From assembly GCF_022539665.2 (NCBI RefSeq), contig NC_081331.1, positions 11,656,001 to 11,720,000 of the forward strand: a stretch of 64,000 nt of DNA, in the 5' to 3' direction. Each line of letters opens with the position of its first letter. Position 1 is the first letter of the stretch. Origin of the DNA: Daphnia carinata (taxonomy: Eukaryota). Position numbers and translations under genes: made by a program. A model generated the notes under the pieces. That model made no database searches and had not been told where the DNA came from. It saw only the letters and a program-made list of their open reading frames with translations. This document shows, one piece after another, positions 9,301 to 25,100 of the stretch.

Positions 9301-12300
9301 CGACTTCCATCGTCGATTCCCAAGTCACGATGTCGACCTGACGGGTACTGAACGAGTACTTGTCGCTGGGAGTCAAAGGCGTCCCCTCTCGTGACCATCC
9401 GAAACTGATGTTGGGCGCTCCTTGAGCTCTGCACACCAACTTGGCCAGCTGGCCCTCATCTCCGGCAGCCTTCATCAACTGAGGCGAGTCGTCCATCACC
9501 GGCTTATCTGTAACAGTAGAATTTAAAAAGAAAAACCAACAGAAAAAAAAAACAGTTAAGGCAGCTGACCGATAGAAGCGTTCTGAGAAAACAATATTAC
9601 ATTTGACTACTAGCCACGTCTGTTCGATCGATTCTTGACCAATGCCGTTGTTGGCTACACATTCGAATGCTCCAGTGTCGTTGCGAGTAATCTCTCGGAC
9701 AAGCAGGTATGCCACACCGACGCCCGGTGTTTGTGAAGTACGTCCGTCCATATCGAAACCGGCTCGGCGCCAAAAAACTGTTGTGGTCGTCAGCGGATTG
9801 CCTGCCGCTCGGCATTCAAATTCAGCGTCGCTACCCTCGTTAATCATGACAGTAGGTCGAACTTGGACGATGGAAGCGGGATCTATCGTTCAACAAGCAA
9901 AACAAAACAAAGTGCGTCAAGATAACGAGAAAAATTTCAAAAAAAGAAACAAAACTCGGTTGATCATTACATTGGACGTTGAGTCGGACGGTGTGGCTGC
10001 GAGATCCTTCAGCGTTGGTGGCCTCGCATTTATAGTCGCCCTTGTCGTCTCTCCTGACGACCGTCAGGTTGAGGAAAGCTCCATCAAAAGTCATCCGGTC
10101 GTAGGCGCTGGCCTCTTTCAACTGTTTGATCGCGGTGCCATCGCGGAACCATTTGTAGGTTATTTCAGAAGGGTTGGCTTTGGCCGTCAGGTTCACTATG
10201 GCCGGCTCGCCTTCGATGACATCCACGCTGTAATCGGCCGGTTGCGGGAAATGCGGTTTGTCTACAATGATGTTAAAGAAGAAAAAGAAAATGTTTACGT
10301 TCATCCCGATTTACTATCGTGGATGTGTTGAAAGGGAAAACTCACATAAAACTTCCAATGTGATTGCGTCGTGGATTTGAGGGCCGATGCCGTTAGTGGC
10401 CTGACACGTGATGACTACACCGTGCAATTCAGGTGTGACTTCCATCTGCAGTGTCGATTTACTAACGATGCCGGAGTAGGCGCCAGGCACCGTGCTATTT
10501 CCAGCTGGTTGGATAACTTGGCCGTTGCCCCGAAGCCACGTCAATCGCGAAACTGGATTGCTGCTATCCGATTCGCATGTAATGGTCACCATTTGACCGG
10601 GTCGAAGTTTCTCCGGCCGAACTTTCACCGTCAATTGTTTCGGAGCAACTAAACAGAAACAAAAAAAAAACGGGAAAGAATAAAAATAAAATGAATAAAT
10701 AAAATTCACGTTTTGTTATTTCTTAATGACTGCATCCCTTCCGTTTGATGATATCGCGCCATTTTTACGGCACGATAAAAAGAGAATGCGCATCGTTCAA
10801 CAAACACATAGAAAAAGGGCGGAAAAAAGGAGATAAAAAAAAAAAGAAAAGAAAAGAAAAAGAAAGAAACAATGCAAAGGAAAAAGAAATGCAGTAGCCA
10901 AGACAACAAAGACAATGCACAATGCCAAATGAGGGTATCATATTCCTGTCATCAAACGAAAGGTGAGATCAGAAAGACACGCATAGCAAAAGTAGAGAAC
11001 TGGCGGACGAGTGAACGCAAAAATAAAAATAAATAAAAGCTTTTGTGCAAGACGAGACGGACGGTTGTTGGTGAATAAAAAAAAAAAAAGAAAGAAAGGT
11101 AAATAAAAAATAAATGAATAAAAACGAAAAATGCAGACGTTTCCGGCAGAACGGACAAAACAATCGCAGGCTTTTTTGTTTTGTTTTCTTTTCTTTTGTT
11201 TCAGAGATTTCTCAATGTCTTTCACAGCGAGAGACACCGACAAACAGGTGTAACTTACACTCGATCCTGATAGTTGTGGAATCAACCAAATTTCCCTCAA
11301 GGGCCGGATTGGTGGCCTCGCAACGCAGTTCCTTGCCGTTGTCTTCCCGTTTGGCCTGCATTTCCAGCAGCGATTGTGCCACACTGCCGTGACTTGTGTA
11401 GTTGGCTTTGATCTGATGTTTTCGTCAATTTTCAGTTGACCGGTTGAACGAAAGCCGCACAGAGAAATGAAAGGACCAATTCGAAGAGATCAGTATCCGA
11501 AATCGAACGGATTCATTGGCGGACGGACAAAAACAAAAGCGGACACGAATGTCAATTTTTTTTTTTTTTTACCTCTTTACGGCTACCCGACAAAAACCAT
11601 TTGAGCGTGGCGGGAGGATTGCCACCCATCGACATACAGTTCATTTGGTAGAACGAATTGTCACGAATGGTCCGATCGCGCATTCCCGAGATGCTAGGCG
11701 CTTCCGGTGGATCTGCACGCAATCATTTCCGATTGGACGGACAAGAGAGACACATCGAACGCAAATCTTTTAAAAATTCTGCTGGGTGGGAATTGTTTTT
11801 GTTTGTTTGTTTTCTAAAGACTTACAGACGACGCTGATGATTTTCGTTTCTGCGACACGCTGGGCAAGATCGGCCACAATGGCGTGGCACGACACAGTCA
11901 CGTTACGGCCCGTGGCGCGAATAGTGGTCGTCAAATTGGAGGAGGACACCCAGCCGCCGTCGGGCGACGTGGCAATCCGTGACCCGTTTTCGCGCACTTC
12001 CCGCCCGTCGACCACCCACGTGATCCGAGCCACCGGATTACTGTTGGTCGTCGTGCATTCAAGCGACACCGTATCGTTCACTTTCGCTTCGCTCGGACCT
12101 GTGACTGTTACCGTTTTCGGGCCGACTGTAGTTGAAAAATGGGAGGGGGAATGAAAAAAAAATGGATCAGTATCCATTTTTGTCAAGCAAACATTACAGT
12201 GGGTAACAACAATGATCATTTGATTGGACGTCATCCATCGCACATTGTCTTATCCCAATAGCTTCGGCAAAACGCTGTCTTTCCCCTATCGACGCAGTTG

Positions 12301-12765
12301 GGAGAAGGCCTTTCGTCGTGCGATGGATTCATAAGAAAACGTATAACTAGATCAGAGAGGAACTGCTTTTCAAACGTTTGGGTGTCGGAATTCAATCAGC
12401 CGTGCGTACGTACCCCTCCCCCTCCCCCCCCCTAGTTTTTATTGTTTTCATGTATAAATAAAGAGAGAAAGAAGAGAAGAAGAAAAAGGAGGCGACGGAA
12501 TTAGGAAAACAATTCAATTTCCGGACCATCTTGTTTTCTCTTACTCGTTTTCCCCACTCATTTCAAGGAAATTCCTGTAGGCAATGGCGACAGTGTCATC
12601 GTCTGACGACATTGTTTTTGTTTGTGTCTCTATTGTGCACGTACGAGTGACACAACAGAACACCGGGATAAAAATAAATAGATAAATAAAACAAATAAAA
12701 CGAAAATAAAACAACAACAAAAAACATCGCAACGGCCATGTCTTGTTGATGGTATCATTCGATCG

Positions 12766-12805
<40 letters not shown>

Positions 12806-14267
12806 GGGGAAAAAAATCAACAAAACAAAAAGGCAAAGAGAGAGAGAGAGAGAGATAGAGAGACAGCAAAAATTAGGTCTACGCAGGAAAGAAATAAGTT
12901 CTCAATGATTTTCTTTTGATTGGAATGGTTCAAACCCGGAAAGCGTTTGAAGGTGTTAAACGTGTGTCAGGCGAATGTACAAGTGTTCTCTATGTACACG
13001 GTATAATACAATAGCCTTCTATCAAATTGAAGAAAGAAGAAGAAGAAGACGATGAGCTTGTCAATTCTGTGTGCTAACTCTGGCGAAAGATGTTGGGAAT
13101 GGATAGAGCGGATAGACTTACAGTGAACGGTGAGCGTGATCTCGGCTTTCATGGGCGTGGCGGTGAGCGCGTTGCTGGCCTCGCAGCGGAACCGCGCGTT
13201 ATTATCGCTCGCCTCGGCACGAAAGATGTGAACGTTCCGCGATTCACGACCTGTCGTTTCGTACGCGTGATCAATCTTGACTTCATTCTTGTACCAGACA
13301 ATTTGCGCTAGTGGGTTGCCGCCGCGCGAAATGCACTCCAGTTTCACTTCTTGGCCCATGCGAACCGTTTCGCCTTCCGTGTAACCGATAATCTCCGGCG
13401 GCCCTGGCGGATCTATTTTTAGTGGCAAAAAAAAACAAAAAAAAAACAAGGCGAAATATTATGCCATTCTTGATTCAGTTAGACACTAGAGGAAGTTTAA
13501 AAAAAAAGAAAAGAAAGAAATGACTTACATAGAATGTTGAGAGCGACGGTGGCCCGTTTGGGAGCAATCAGAGCCGGATGGCGGGCCTCACATGTGTAGT
13601 CGGCTTCGTTGTCGTCCGGCTGGGCTCGGATAGTTAACTTGGATCGAGTATCGAACCGGCGCGGTACGTCAGCATCGGTGGTCGTGTTCTCTATCCGATC
13701 TGAACAACATCATCATCAAAAACAAGGGAGACAAGGTTTTGTCATTGATATTATTTCACGTAATCGATAGGGCATCTAAATAGAGCGAGGGTAGTTGTTT
13801 TACACTTACCGGATTTGATTTCCACGTTGCGTTTGAACCAGACGATCTCGGCGGCCGGTTTGGCGTTGCGGACCAAGCACTGCAGCAACAATTCCTCCCC
13901 TTCCCTAGACATGATCCGTGATCCGGCCACATAGTCGACGATTTCCACGCTGGAAGGCGGAACTGTAAAACCAAACAAAACATAAATTCGTAAACAATTG
14001 AAAAAGACATACAGTTTCCTCGTATTATGTTGATTATCCTAACATTGAATGCCTCGCTCGGCTTTGCGCATGTGGTCGACATCGAACGATGCCATCGGTT
14101 GGCATAAGTTATCGGAACTCGAATTGTACCCAACGATCAAGACGTTCGTTTGTCTGGGGATTTAATTACGTTATTGATTCTATTTTCTTTCTTCCAATGG
14201 TATTAGACATCCACGGCGGATGGGGAAATCAACCGACCTGAACGAGATGTTGCCCGGTTTGATGGAT

Positions 14268-14302
<35 letters not shown>

Positions 14303-14617
14303 TTTTTTATTTTCAATAATTGGATCCTGGTAGTTTCACAATAAAGAAAAAATCTAGCGGGAAGAAGAAAAATTTACAAAGGATCAAACAGTCGTCTACG
14401 TTTACCTTCCGGCGGAGTTAAAAATGATGATGATGATAAGACTAAAATAGATTTTTTTTTGTTGAAAAATATAGTTGGATTGACTTCCGGAATTCAAAAT
14501 ATTGCGAAATCCAAAGGCAAAAGGATCCAATGGCACAGATTGAACTCTTACTACGGTGAAACATATACATTTTTCTTTTTTTCCATTTGCCCTTCTAAAT
14601 CTCTTCAAACTCGTTAA

Positions 14618-14648
<31 letters not shown>

Positions 14649-17463
14649 GTGTTCGGTATGTCTAGCGCCTAACTTTATTCAGCATATGGGTGAAGAGGAA
14701 CGTCTTATGGAACTCCTGACATCTTCCTAGTCGTATAAAGTCAGATGGAAAAGAGCCCCGGAAGTCTCTTCAAAAAAAAAAAAAAAAACGCCTATTCAAA
14801 TGATAATCTAGTGCCCGGATGGAACCGTAAGCGAATGCAAGCACAGCCCAAGTCTCGTGCAAAAAAAAAAAAAAAATCTCTCCTTGCGAATGAATCGAGA
14901 CAATGACAAGACTTTTGATGCCTCGAGAGTAGAGGGATTTTCGGTTAGTTTTGCATTACGAGCGAGAAAGGAGTTCAGCAACGAAAATTTGAATGATCCA
15001 GCGGGACACTATTTCTTTCTTTTTTTTTTTACTCTTCCTTTCACCTCTTATTCTTTCTCTTTCCATATGAAAAGAGCAGCTCAGCCAATGGACGAGAACT
15101 TACACACGAAAAAAGAAATATAACGCTTTTAAAAGTCAGCTGCTTGAATGGATGCCTTAAAAAAAAAAAAAAAAAAAAAAAAAAGAAAGAAATCAGGGAT
15201 GGCAATAGTACTCGAAATCGCATTGACTTTGCGAACTCAAACGGAAAACCAACGAGTGTACTAGCGTGTGCAATCACACGAACGCAAACTTTGTGAGCCA
15301 TTAGAGTTTGCTTCAGCCGTTTTGTTTGCCAACGAGCGATCCCGGGACGCACCCTCCCCCCCCCCCCTCTCTCTTCCCCAAACGTCCCGACTTTCACGTT
15401 GGGCTATTAAAGCGCCATCAGTCGCGCAAACTTGTTCGGCTAGCTCGCTAACATAACTAAGAACAAAAATAAAATCAAAAAGAAAGTTGTTTGCTTTGTT
15501 TTTGTAAAGTAGAACCCTCTTGTTTGGCTCTTGTTGTTGTTGCTCACTAGTCTGTTAATCGAACCGTTGGTTTTTTTTACCCCGCCACTGAGCTCGTGAT
15601 CGCAAACTTGGGTTTACCAATCAATTTTTAGCTTTGCGCAGCGGACATTAACCGTACATCCTTGATTTATCACGTCACAGCACTCGGCCAGCAAGTGCCT
15701 GAGGGAGTCAGCAATCATCGACTTACTGAGAACGGTGAGCTGAGCGTCGGCCCGGATGGGCTTGGAGTTTCCCCGCGGGCCCACCTGGCATTGGTACTCG
15801 GCGTCGTCGTCCAGCGTAGCGTTCTCGATGCGGATGTGATGCTCGCCTTGCTCTTCGCTGCCCATGATGGTGTAGCGCGGAAAAGACGGAATGGTCCGTT
15901 CGAAACCTGCAATGCACAACACGAAACAAAAAAAAAAAAAAAAAAAAAAATAGAAAAATAAGCATCGAGTTCTCCTGAATGTTTTAGAACACAATCCGCT
16001 ACACAAAGGTGGGCAGTCAACCGTGTGTGCTGTACTCCATTTTGAAAATGGCCAAAACAAATAGACGCACAGGTTGCTCGGCCAACATCGATCTTGGAGA
16101 GATAGAGCATGGACTTGTTAATAGCTGGAAGCGTTCACAGAAATCCATTATTCACCGAGTCGAGTTGTTTGTCGTCGTCCCGAATGCCCGAGAACGAGAT
16201 CAGACTTTGAGAGGCAAGGGGTGGGGTGGGGAGGTAGGGTGGAAAAATCCTGGAAGCCATTAGATCAGTTGCCATGGGCGACTGACGGATGGCTGCTCCG
16301 ATATGCATGGGAATAAACATGTTTCAACACTGCTTTCAAAAATAAAAAAAAATCCCCCGGTGAGTAAAATGACCTTTTCATTTAACTGATTGGTTCTTGT
16401 TCCACTAATGGAAATCGTCGGCAAGTTTTAGTTTTTTTTTTTGCCTTTTCCCAACTCGAATCCATCCGTCCCAACGTCGACAAACAAAAACAAGACGGAC
16501 GTCTTTGAGAATTGAGAGAAGAACGGGTTAAGAACTCAGTCAACTGTGTAAATGAACGTCGTTTTACTTTCTAATCATTTCCCTTTCTCCCTCTGTTAAC
16601 CGTTTTTAACAAGCAGGCCTCAAACAGCAGCCACCTGGACCGTGTCTTTCGTGTCTTTTGCTCCCCACCCCTTCTTATTTTTTTTTAAACCAAAAAGAAA
16701 ATAAAGAAGGAAGAAAGCGACATAAAAGCTCTCAAAAAAAAAAAATATATATATATATATATATAGGAAAGCCATAGCAGCAGCCTTTGCATTTTTCGGC
16801 GTGTGTGTTAAATTAGCTTGTCTTGTGTCACGCTCGACCCCGGTTCACGCTAGAACGAACGCGCTCCAGCACGTTCCTCTTTTCCTTTTTCTTCACTGAC
16901 TTGCCTTCCATTGGAAAATGAAGAGAAAAAAAAAAGGGAGAAAGAAAAAAAAAAAAAAATGAGGAGGCTATCTACATTATGATAGGCTCGCCCAACAAAC
17001 AAATAATAGTGAATTTGAAATAAGGAGAACGAGAGAAAGTCACGAATGATCGACGACAACCGTGGGCAGCTGGAGAAGAGGGAAAAAAAAAAAATGCACG
17101 CGACACAGACGTAATGGAATGAAATCCAATTCAAACTTTGGGGTAGACATTCTTGAAAAATAAGAAAAGCGTCGTGTTCTTGCGGGGGGACCGCCGGAAT
17201 TTTATTTTATTTTTTTTTCCCCTCGAAAAATAAAAATTGAAAATCCTTCAATTCCCGCGTGTCTGCACGGCCATGCGGTAAGGGAATAAAAAAAAAAAAA
17301 AAAAAACGACGAGGCGAGAATAGTTGAAATATCCTTTTGCTTTTTCTTTTCTTTTTATTATTTGGAAGGTATTTTTCTATAGGTTTTTCTGGGGATGGTG
17401 GGCGTCGTTTCAAGACGACATTTTCAGGCTTCCCTTAACAACAAGCATTTTTTTTTTTCCTTC

Positions 17464-17504
<41 letters not shown>

Positions 17505-18952
17505 TGAATGCCATTGAAGAAAATATCGGCAATACCGGGCGCCGTGTACGTCGGCTTCCTGCAAATCGGCATTCATGCGTGACATCAACTATCGTCGTTA
17601 CGCTATTTTCACGTTCTTTTTTTTCATTTCTTTTGCTTGTCGCTTCCTTTGTCACACACAAATCGAAAAAGTTTTTCAATTCCTTAAACTACTTGACAAT
17701 GTCTATCGAACGACACTGTACATTTCATTTCCTATTTTTGTTTTTTGTTTTTTGTTTGTTTTTTTTCTCGTTGAATCATCACTCGCCATTTGCCCGTCTT
17801 TTTAAAGCAAAATGCCAAACCTATTCAAGCTTTTTAAAATGTAAACAGTCGACGCAGTTTGTTTGAAGGGCAAGGGAAAAAAGAGAGGACGGACTGGTTT
17901 GTGATCAGAGCGCAAGGACCTGATGAAATCTTTGGCAAAATAAAAACGTTGCCAAAATCCCCGGGAAAATTCAAATAGAAACGCGCATGAAAAGGCGACA
18001 ACTCTTTGACGCAAAGAGAGTGTTAATTCGGCAAAAAATAAATTCTCTTTCTTCTTTCTTTCTTTTTTTTTTTTTTTCACCCTTTCATCCGCAGTCCGTC
18101 CGCGTGAAATTGTTTCTGTGACCTTTTTTTTTTTTTTCTCGCTGGCTTTGACTGACGTCCTGGCAAATATTTGAAAAATTAGATGCTGCGCTGTGCAAGG
18201 CGTCCTGCTGGGCCGTGGTTCTCTTTTTTTTTTTTTTTTTTTTTTTACCGGACAAAAGGATCCTCGTAGGTTTTGAGCACATAATACCATCCCTTGCCGC
18301 ATACCCTTTCGCTCCCAGGGCAACAAACGTAGCTCTTTTGATCTCGAATTCGGCGAGGCCCATGACGTGTTTAGGGAACCAGACAACAGCAGCAACAATA
18401 ACAACAGAGCGCACACAGCTCAAATCTCTCTGCCATTCTCTGCTTTTTGGCCTTAAGTTTTGACTGGGAAATCTTTCTCGGCTTTATTCCACCTATTTTA
18501 TTATTATTATTTTTTATTTTTTATTTTTTATTTTTTTTTTGGAGTCCGTTGTTGTTGATGCGATATATTCGAACCGATGGAATATACATCCAGCCAAGTT
18601 AGCCGAGCTGGATAAACAGCCAGCCAACTAGGTAGTGGCATACTGTTTTGTACGGGGGTGTTTCGAAACTTTGGCCGGTTGTATGGTTTATAGGAGCGGC
18701 GGATATTACGTGCGCATTTGCAGACATAAATTACGGTGAAAAGTTCTATCCAACACAGCTGCAAGTACGGCCAGCCGAGGATTACAACATTGGCCTTAGG
18801 TGAGCGGTGCACATACACACAGACACACACAGACACAGACAGCAACAAGGAGAAATAGCTGAATCGATGAACGACCCTCTGGAGAAACCGTGAGGGATAA
18901 TGACGAGTAAGACTTGGCGATCCCCCCGGTTTGAAACTCAGGTGGGAGAGAA

Positions 18953-18987
<35 letters not shown>

Positions 18988-19547
18988 TAGGGAAAAAGGA
19001 AGAAAGAAACAAGGGGAGTCAAAGCTAACGATGGGTAGAATGAGAAACGAAAAATGGTAAACGTGACAAAGAGGATTGCAGCAGTTCCAAACCCACCTGG
19101 GGGGTTTGTAAATAACGCCCCACTTCGTGCAATACGATAATATAAGCGCGTCTATTGCGCCCAGTCTTTGTTTACTCGCGCAAGTCTATAAAAGTCTAAG
19201 CGCGTCGTTCCAGCCGCGATGTAGAGCTATATTTACAGGTTTCGCAGTTTCTGCCGTGGCTGATGAGAATGAACTCGGGACATATCACGAAGCGATTCGT
19301 CAGCAAAAAAAAAAAAAAAAAAAAAGAATAAACTACCACACAAACAAAAAGGAGGAGAAGAAGGAGCTACGAAACAAAAAAAAAAAAAAGTCTTTCATTT
19401 GTTGACATTGAGAACGTCTGGTTTTGCCTTTCTCTATCTACATACACAGCACGCATATGTACACTGACGTGTATGAGGAAAGAAGGAGAGTACGAATGAT
19501 GGAAGGCTTCTTTTGTTTTAACACCGTCTTCCTTTTCCCAGCCATCC

Positions 19548-19581
<34 letters not shown>

Positions 19582-21463
19582 TACTAAGTAAAGAGACACG
19601 GGCCCCATGGCTCATCTCATTTACAGACAAGTCAGCGCGGGTTACCGAACTCAATGGCAAACGGTCGGAAATTGCCGATGCTCTGCTAAACAAAAAATGT
19701 AACCAATACAACACGAGACCTTTCAAGATTCCGGTTCTTGTTCACGACTTCACGACATACGCAGTTCTTCTTTTTTCTTCAGTTGTACCGGTACGGCGTC
19801 GTTGTAAAGGCAAAGGAAATAAACTTAGAAAAAAAAAAAAAAAAAAAGAAAGAAAATAATACAGAACTAAAGTCGAACGCCGCTCATCATCGACAGGCCG
19901 ATCACGATCGACTCATTAAGAAAGGACCTCCTTCATTTCTTTCTTCTATGCTTTTTTTTGCCTGTCGAATGTGTTTTACGACTGACCGCGTGTACATCCC
20001 TCTTTCTAACCGACCCTAGTCGTGTTCTCCCGCTCCTCCCACGTCATCGCCGTAGTGAGAAAGAGGGAAAAAGAGCAAAAAGGTCAACAAGATCCCACCG
20101 GTTTTCTTTTCCCTTGCATTTCCCATTGTATTACGAAATAGATTTTTTTTTTTTTTTTTTTTTAAATAAGATTTAAAAAAAAAAAAATAAAAAAAAAAAA
20201 AAAAAAGGGGGGGGGGGGGGATTCTATTGAATATCAAAATCGATGATTATCAAGACACAATGAATTCTTTGGGCCCTTACTCTATAATGAAGCCTCTTGC
20301 AAAGACTTCAATGTGCGTCAAGTCAATCGTTAATGACAAGTCACACACCACACGGACCGAATGGCTTTGGTTTTTTCTGCTAATGGCTAAAAATGGGTGA
20401 GGTGGACGGTAAAGCACCAGCTGCATTCAAACAAAAGACCTCCCCCCTTCGAAGCTACTCTTCCAGCCTACATATACGGGCCCGTGGTTGAAAAGACGGC
20501 ACCAGAAGATCGGGAGGAAGCAAAAAATACAACTACCCCGCACACACAAGAGTCTCATATTACCCCCGAACACAACAACCCCCCCCCCCCCCCCACACAC
20601 ACACACACACACGCTGGAAGATGCTTGTTCTTATTTTCTATATGCTTTATTTTTAATGGCCCAATGTGTTATTACATTCCATGAGGTTTCTTCCTCATCT
20701 CTTTCTTTGTTTTGTTTTATTTTTGTTTTTGTTTTTCCAACAGTACATGTACGATTCCAGTAGTTCGTCGTGCCCTGTGGCTGAAAAAAAAAAAAAGAGA
20801 CAGACAGCTTTCATCTTTTCGTGCAACCGCGTTTTTTGACAGTCCCCAGACTGCATTATCGAGTCCAAGTTTGATAGCGTGTCTATGTTTTTTCTCTTTC
20901 TATTCTAACCCTTTTTTTTTTTCTACTTTCAACCATCAAAAGATTCCGCATCATCATCAACTATTATTTATACGACTCCAATTCTCTTTTCCTTTTCTCT
21001 CTTTTTTTGTTTCGTTTTCTGTTTTGAAATGAACCTCGTCGGCCAGTCCAACGTTGGCCAAATGACGGGAGTAAAAATAAAAAAAAAAAAAAAAAAATGA
21101 AAGAAAACGAGACGGGTAAAAAAGAAAAAAGGAAGGCAGCGAGATCAATTCGGGAGCAATCTAATCCACGCACGGCAGAGGTTCTTGAAAAGGCGCATCT
21201 AATTGAATTAGAGTCTCGAAGCGTCGAGTGAAAAGGGGGGGGGGGGAGAAAACAAGAAGGAACGAGAGAAAAAGGAAGCAATAGCCCCCAACAACTCGTG
21301 ATGTTACGTATCGGTAAGAGAAAAAAAGAAGCCGCCGTTCACTTCTAGCCGAGAAGAACGAAACAAAAACAAAAAAAAAGAAAGAAATAAAGGAGGTAAT
21401 AGGAAATCAGCGACTAATTTGATTACGCCAGTGCCAGTTTTGATGTGATGATGGGGGGTAGGC

Positions 21464-21500
<37 letters not shown>

Positions 21501-22130
21501 GTTCGTTTCGGAACAAAAAGTCCAGCAAAGAAACAAAACAAAACGTTCGCTGTTAGCGTCAAGTTATGTATATGACGTTGCCCTTGTTCAGCCGCTTTTG
21601 CCCGGAGAACAAATGAAGACTGTACCATCATAAATATCAGGACCCAAATAAAACAAAAAAAAAAAAAACAAAAACAGGGGGGAGAAAGAAAAGAATCCGA
21701 ATACACGGACAAAAATAAGGAGAATAAGTTTTTGTTTTCCAGATACGAAGTCCCAGGTTTGGAGTGCGCGATAAGCGGGTCGAGAAATGAGACTCTCTTG
21801 ATCGCGCCATTCACAGGGAATTTTTTCTTTTCTTTTTTCCTTCACAGGAACAATAATAATACCAAAAACGTAGATAGAAAACAAAAGAGAAGAAATACAA
21901 GACAATAGGAAAAGTTTTTTTGTTTTTTTTTTTTTTTTTTTTTCCCCGAAAATAGATGAAGACAAGTTTCTTATTATTATTTTCGGTTGAGCCCGGAGAC
22001 CGTACGCACACGACGGATTTTCAGTTAAGGAAAAAGATCGGACAATGTGTGATTGCACCATGTTGTTTATGCTATTGGACCTATCCACTTTGTAGTTTAC
22101 TTTCAAATGCTTTCTTTTCTTTTTATTATC

Positions 22131-22165
<35 letters not shown>

Positions 22166-25100
22166 GCTTGGTGGGGAAGCAAAGCCTCCCACGCTGTCGA
22201 TTACCTAAAGGAGGCGGAATTACATTTAAAAAAAAAAAAAAAAAGATTTTGAAAAGAAAAAAAAAAAAAAAAAAAGTTCATAGAGGGACAAAGGCGTAAG
22301 AGAAAAATCTTTTCCCTGCACAGTTTTTGTCTTGGGGGTTAACGCCCAATTCGTATTCTAATAAAAAGAGAGAAGAAAAAAAAAAAAAAAAAGAAACAAC
22401 ATTTCGTAAGCGATTGTAACGTACAAGATGACCACGTTTAGACAGACATCTTGGCCCGATCGCTTCACAGTCAAATAAAAAAATATATATAAATCTCTTC
22501 TTTTTTTTTTTTAGAAAACAAATAGACGAAGGGGAGACAAAGTAATTTTTTTTTTTTTTTGAAAAAAACAGTGGATGGAAATTTGAAGAGACGAAAAGAA
22601 AAGACAAAAAAAAAAAAAAAAGAGTTCGCAATGTCTTTGTTCGTAGAGCCAATGTGCGGGGGGTGATGTGTGGTCGTCTATCCGTTGGCTGTGAAACGGA
22701 CGAGCCCGTCTAAGGAGTAGACACGATCCTGTAGCGTCAAATATATAACCTAGCAGTCCGTCGTAAAAATCAGTCAACAACACACTCTTCCACGTCCCCC
22801 CAACCCCCCTTCTATTGTAGTTTATACATTTCTTATTTTATTTTATTTTTTTTTCCTTTTCCTGATGGCTATTGCGCGCGAGCTCCGTTCTATCGTCCCT
22901 GCATTTATTTTTATTTCCCTTCTTCTTTCTGTGTGTGTGTGTGTGTTCCAATGTTTACGACAGAGCCGCGACACGAGATAAGCTCGCACCGGTGAGTAGA
23001 CATGAACACAAGAGCCATGACAGACAAGACTTTCTTTGCTATCGGCCGTACCCCTTCAAAAAAAACATGGACGGGGATAGTCACAAAGCCTTGCCCCACC
23101 ACCACCACCTTTTTCACTCAGCTTCTTCTTCTTCTTTTTTTTTTTTTTTTATCTCAAAGATAGAGAACTCTCTTTTTTTTTTTTTTTTTTTTTTTCGTAA
23201 GAGCTGATGAAGATCGTGTCTGTGCGCGACGTCCTTCATTTGCCCATGTGTCCAGCTCCACCTTTTTTCTTTTAGCTGGAAAAAGAAAGGGCCATTCGAC
23301 CACCAGCAAAAACGGCGGACGTTTGAAATGATAACAATTCCGCTAATGGCAAAAGAGAAAAGCTGGGCGCCACCCAGGTAAAAAAAAAAAAAAAAAAAAA
23401 ATTCAATGAACCAGGATGAGGAATGATTGACATTTAGATAGCCGAACCCAACACCATTGCATACGCGTTAGGGCGTTCGTTTTTTTTTCTTTCCTTCTTC
23501 AAACTGTTAAGAGTTACGTTTTTTTTTTCTTTGTCTTCTTTTCTTTCTCTTCGTGATCTTATTCTCGTAGAAGTGAAAAAAAAAGGTAATTGCATCATCC
23601 CGAGAGCGACACCTGACTTAACACGGGGCGGTGGTAAAAAGCAGTTCTTTGGCTGTTGTTGTTCAAACCAAAGAGGAAACGAAAGGCTTTTTTTTTTTCT
23701 TTTTTAAGTACAGGCAGTTGTAGACGATGTTATCGATCACCTTTTTGGAGGTATAATACATTTCGAAAACGGAGTGTGTCTGTGTGTGTGTGTGTGTGTG
23801 TGTGGGGAAATGAATAAAAAAAAAAAAAAAAAAAAAAAAAAGTAAGGGAGAGAAGTGAACAACTTTGAATGATGATGGCCAATGGTCGAATGGATATTTT
23901 GACACATCATCATCGACGTATCACGGAGTTTCTCGTTGGCTTGGCAACTGCTACTCACAAACTCTGGCCGAAACACTTGCCCTGCCCAACTTTCCACGGA
24001 GTTCGCAATGGAAACCCATTTGTCATCAGCCCAACCTCAATTCTGTTTCCTCCCGTACTCGTCGTCTGCCAAAAAAAGAAGAAGAAGAAGAAAATGCTCT
24101 ACAATTTCATCGTCCCCCCCCCCTCATCGCGCTTTCCCCCCGTCCAATCTCAAACTCCCACTCGGAGCTTGTTAAGGCTCGGCATTCAACGAAAATTCAA
24201 TCCTTTTACAGCCAGTCCATTTAGCAGATCAAACAGATATTGCACATGACGACAGATCACACACACACACACACACAATTTCGCTATCAAAACTCTCTAC
24301 TCTAACGTCACCACTTTCGATCCTATTTCGAATTTGTAATTTGCCCGTCTCTTTAAAATTTATTTTCCAACTGCTAGTAGTTTTATTCTGTGAGTGCTCG
24401 TACTAGGAAAATCTATTCCAATTTCCAGTTTGGCCCAATCTTATGTTGTTTAATGATCAGGGCCCATCAGACTACGCAAGTCCGGATTGATGGCGAGTGC
24501 GATTATTACAAAAGTTCTATTTTTAACGGACGTACAGACAAAGCAAAAAAAAAAAAAAAAAAAAAGGAACGGGGGAGGGAAAGACGGACAGCAAAGAAAA
24601 GCCTTGCACACTAGAAAACGGGAAAGATTAAAAGAGTATCGGAACGATGCAGAGGCGTAGGGATGGGTACGTCTGTAGCAACGTCACGAAGATGGATTAG
24701 TCGAGATAGGACTCGATCCAACACCGATCCATACGAAAGGAGTGAAATCCCCGTCTTTCTTTAGTATTTTTATATATTTTTTTTCAAGTAAAGTATATGT
24801 GTGTGTGTGTGTGTGTGTGTGAAAGAAAAGTCCTTGCTGGACCATCGTGATTACTTAGACCAAAAAGAAGGAAAAAAGAAAGAAAGAAAGAAAGAAAGAA
24901 AAAAAAAAAAAAAAAAGACTTACCGAGAGCGAATCCGTCTTTGGTCCATTGAGCTCGGCCTTGTTGGTTACCAACCCGGCAACGGAGTACGGCCATCTGG
25001 CCCTCGCGGACGCTGGTGTTTTGCGGCCGTTCGGCAAAGTACTGCTGCTGTTGCTGTCCGTCGCCTGTGAAGGAAACAAAAGAGGGATTATTCAACGAGG

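Noticed and set aside
13413..13422. Perfect Mef2-like CTATTTTTAG
   Set aside because: Coincides with the splice acceptor of the Ig3 exon, which explains it.
9642..15961. Plus-strand ORFs such as 9642-10331, 11786-12154, 13090-13311 and 15662-15961 (also 915-1190)
   Set aside because: Antisense shadows of real minus-strand exons.
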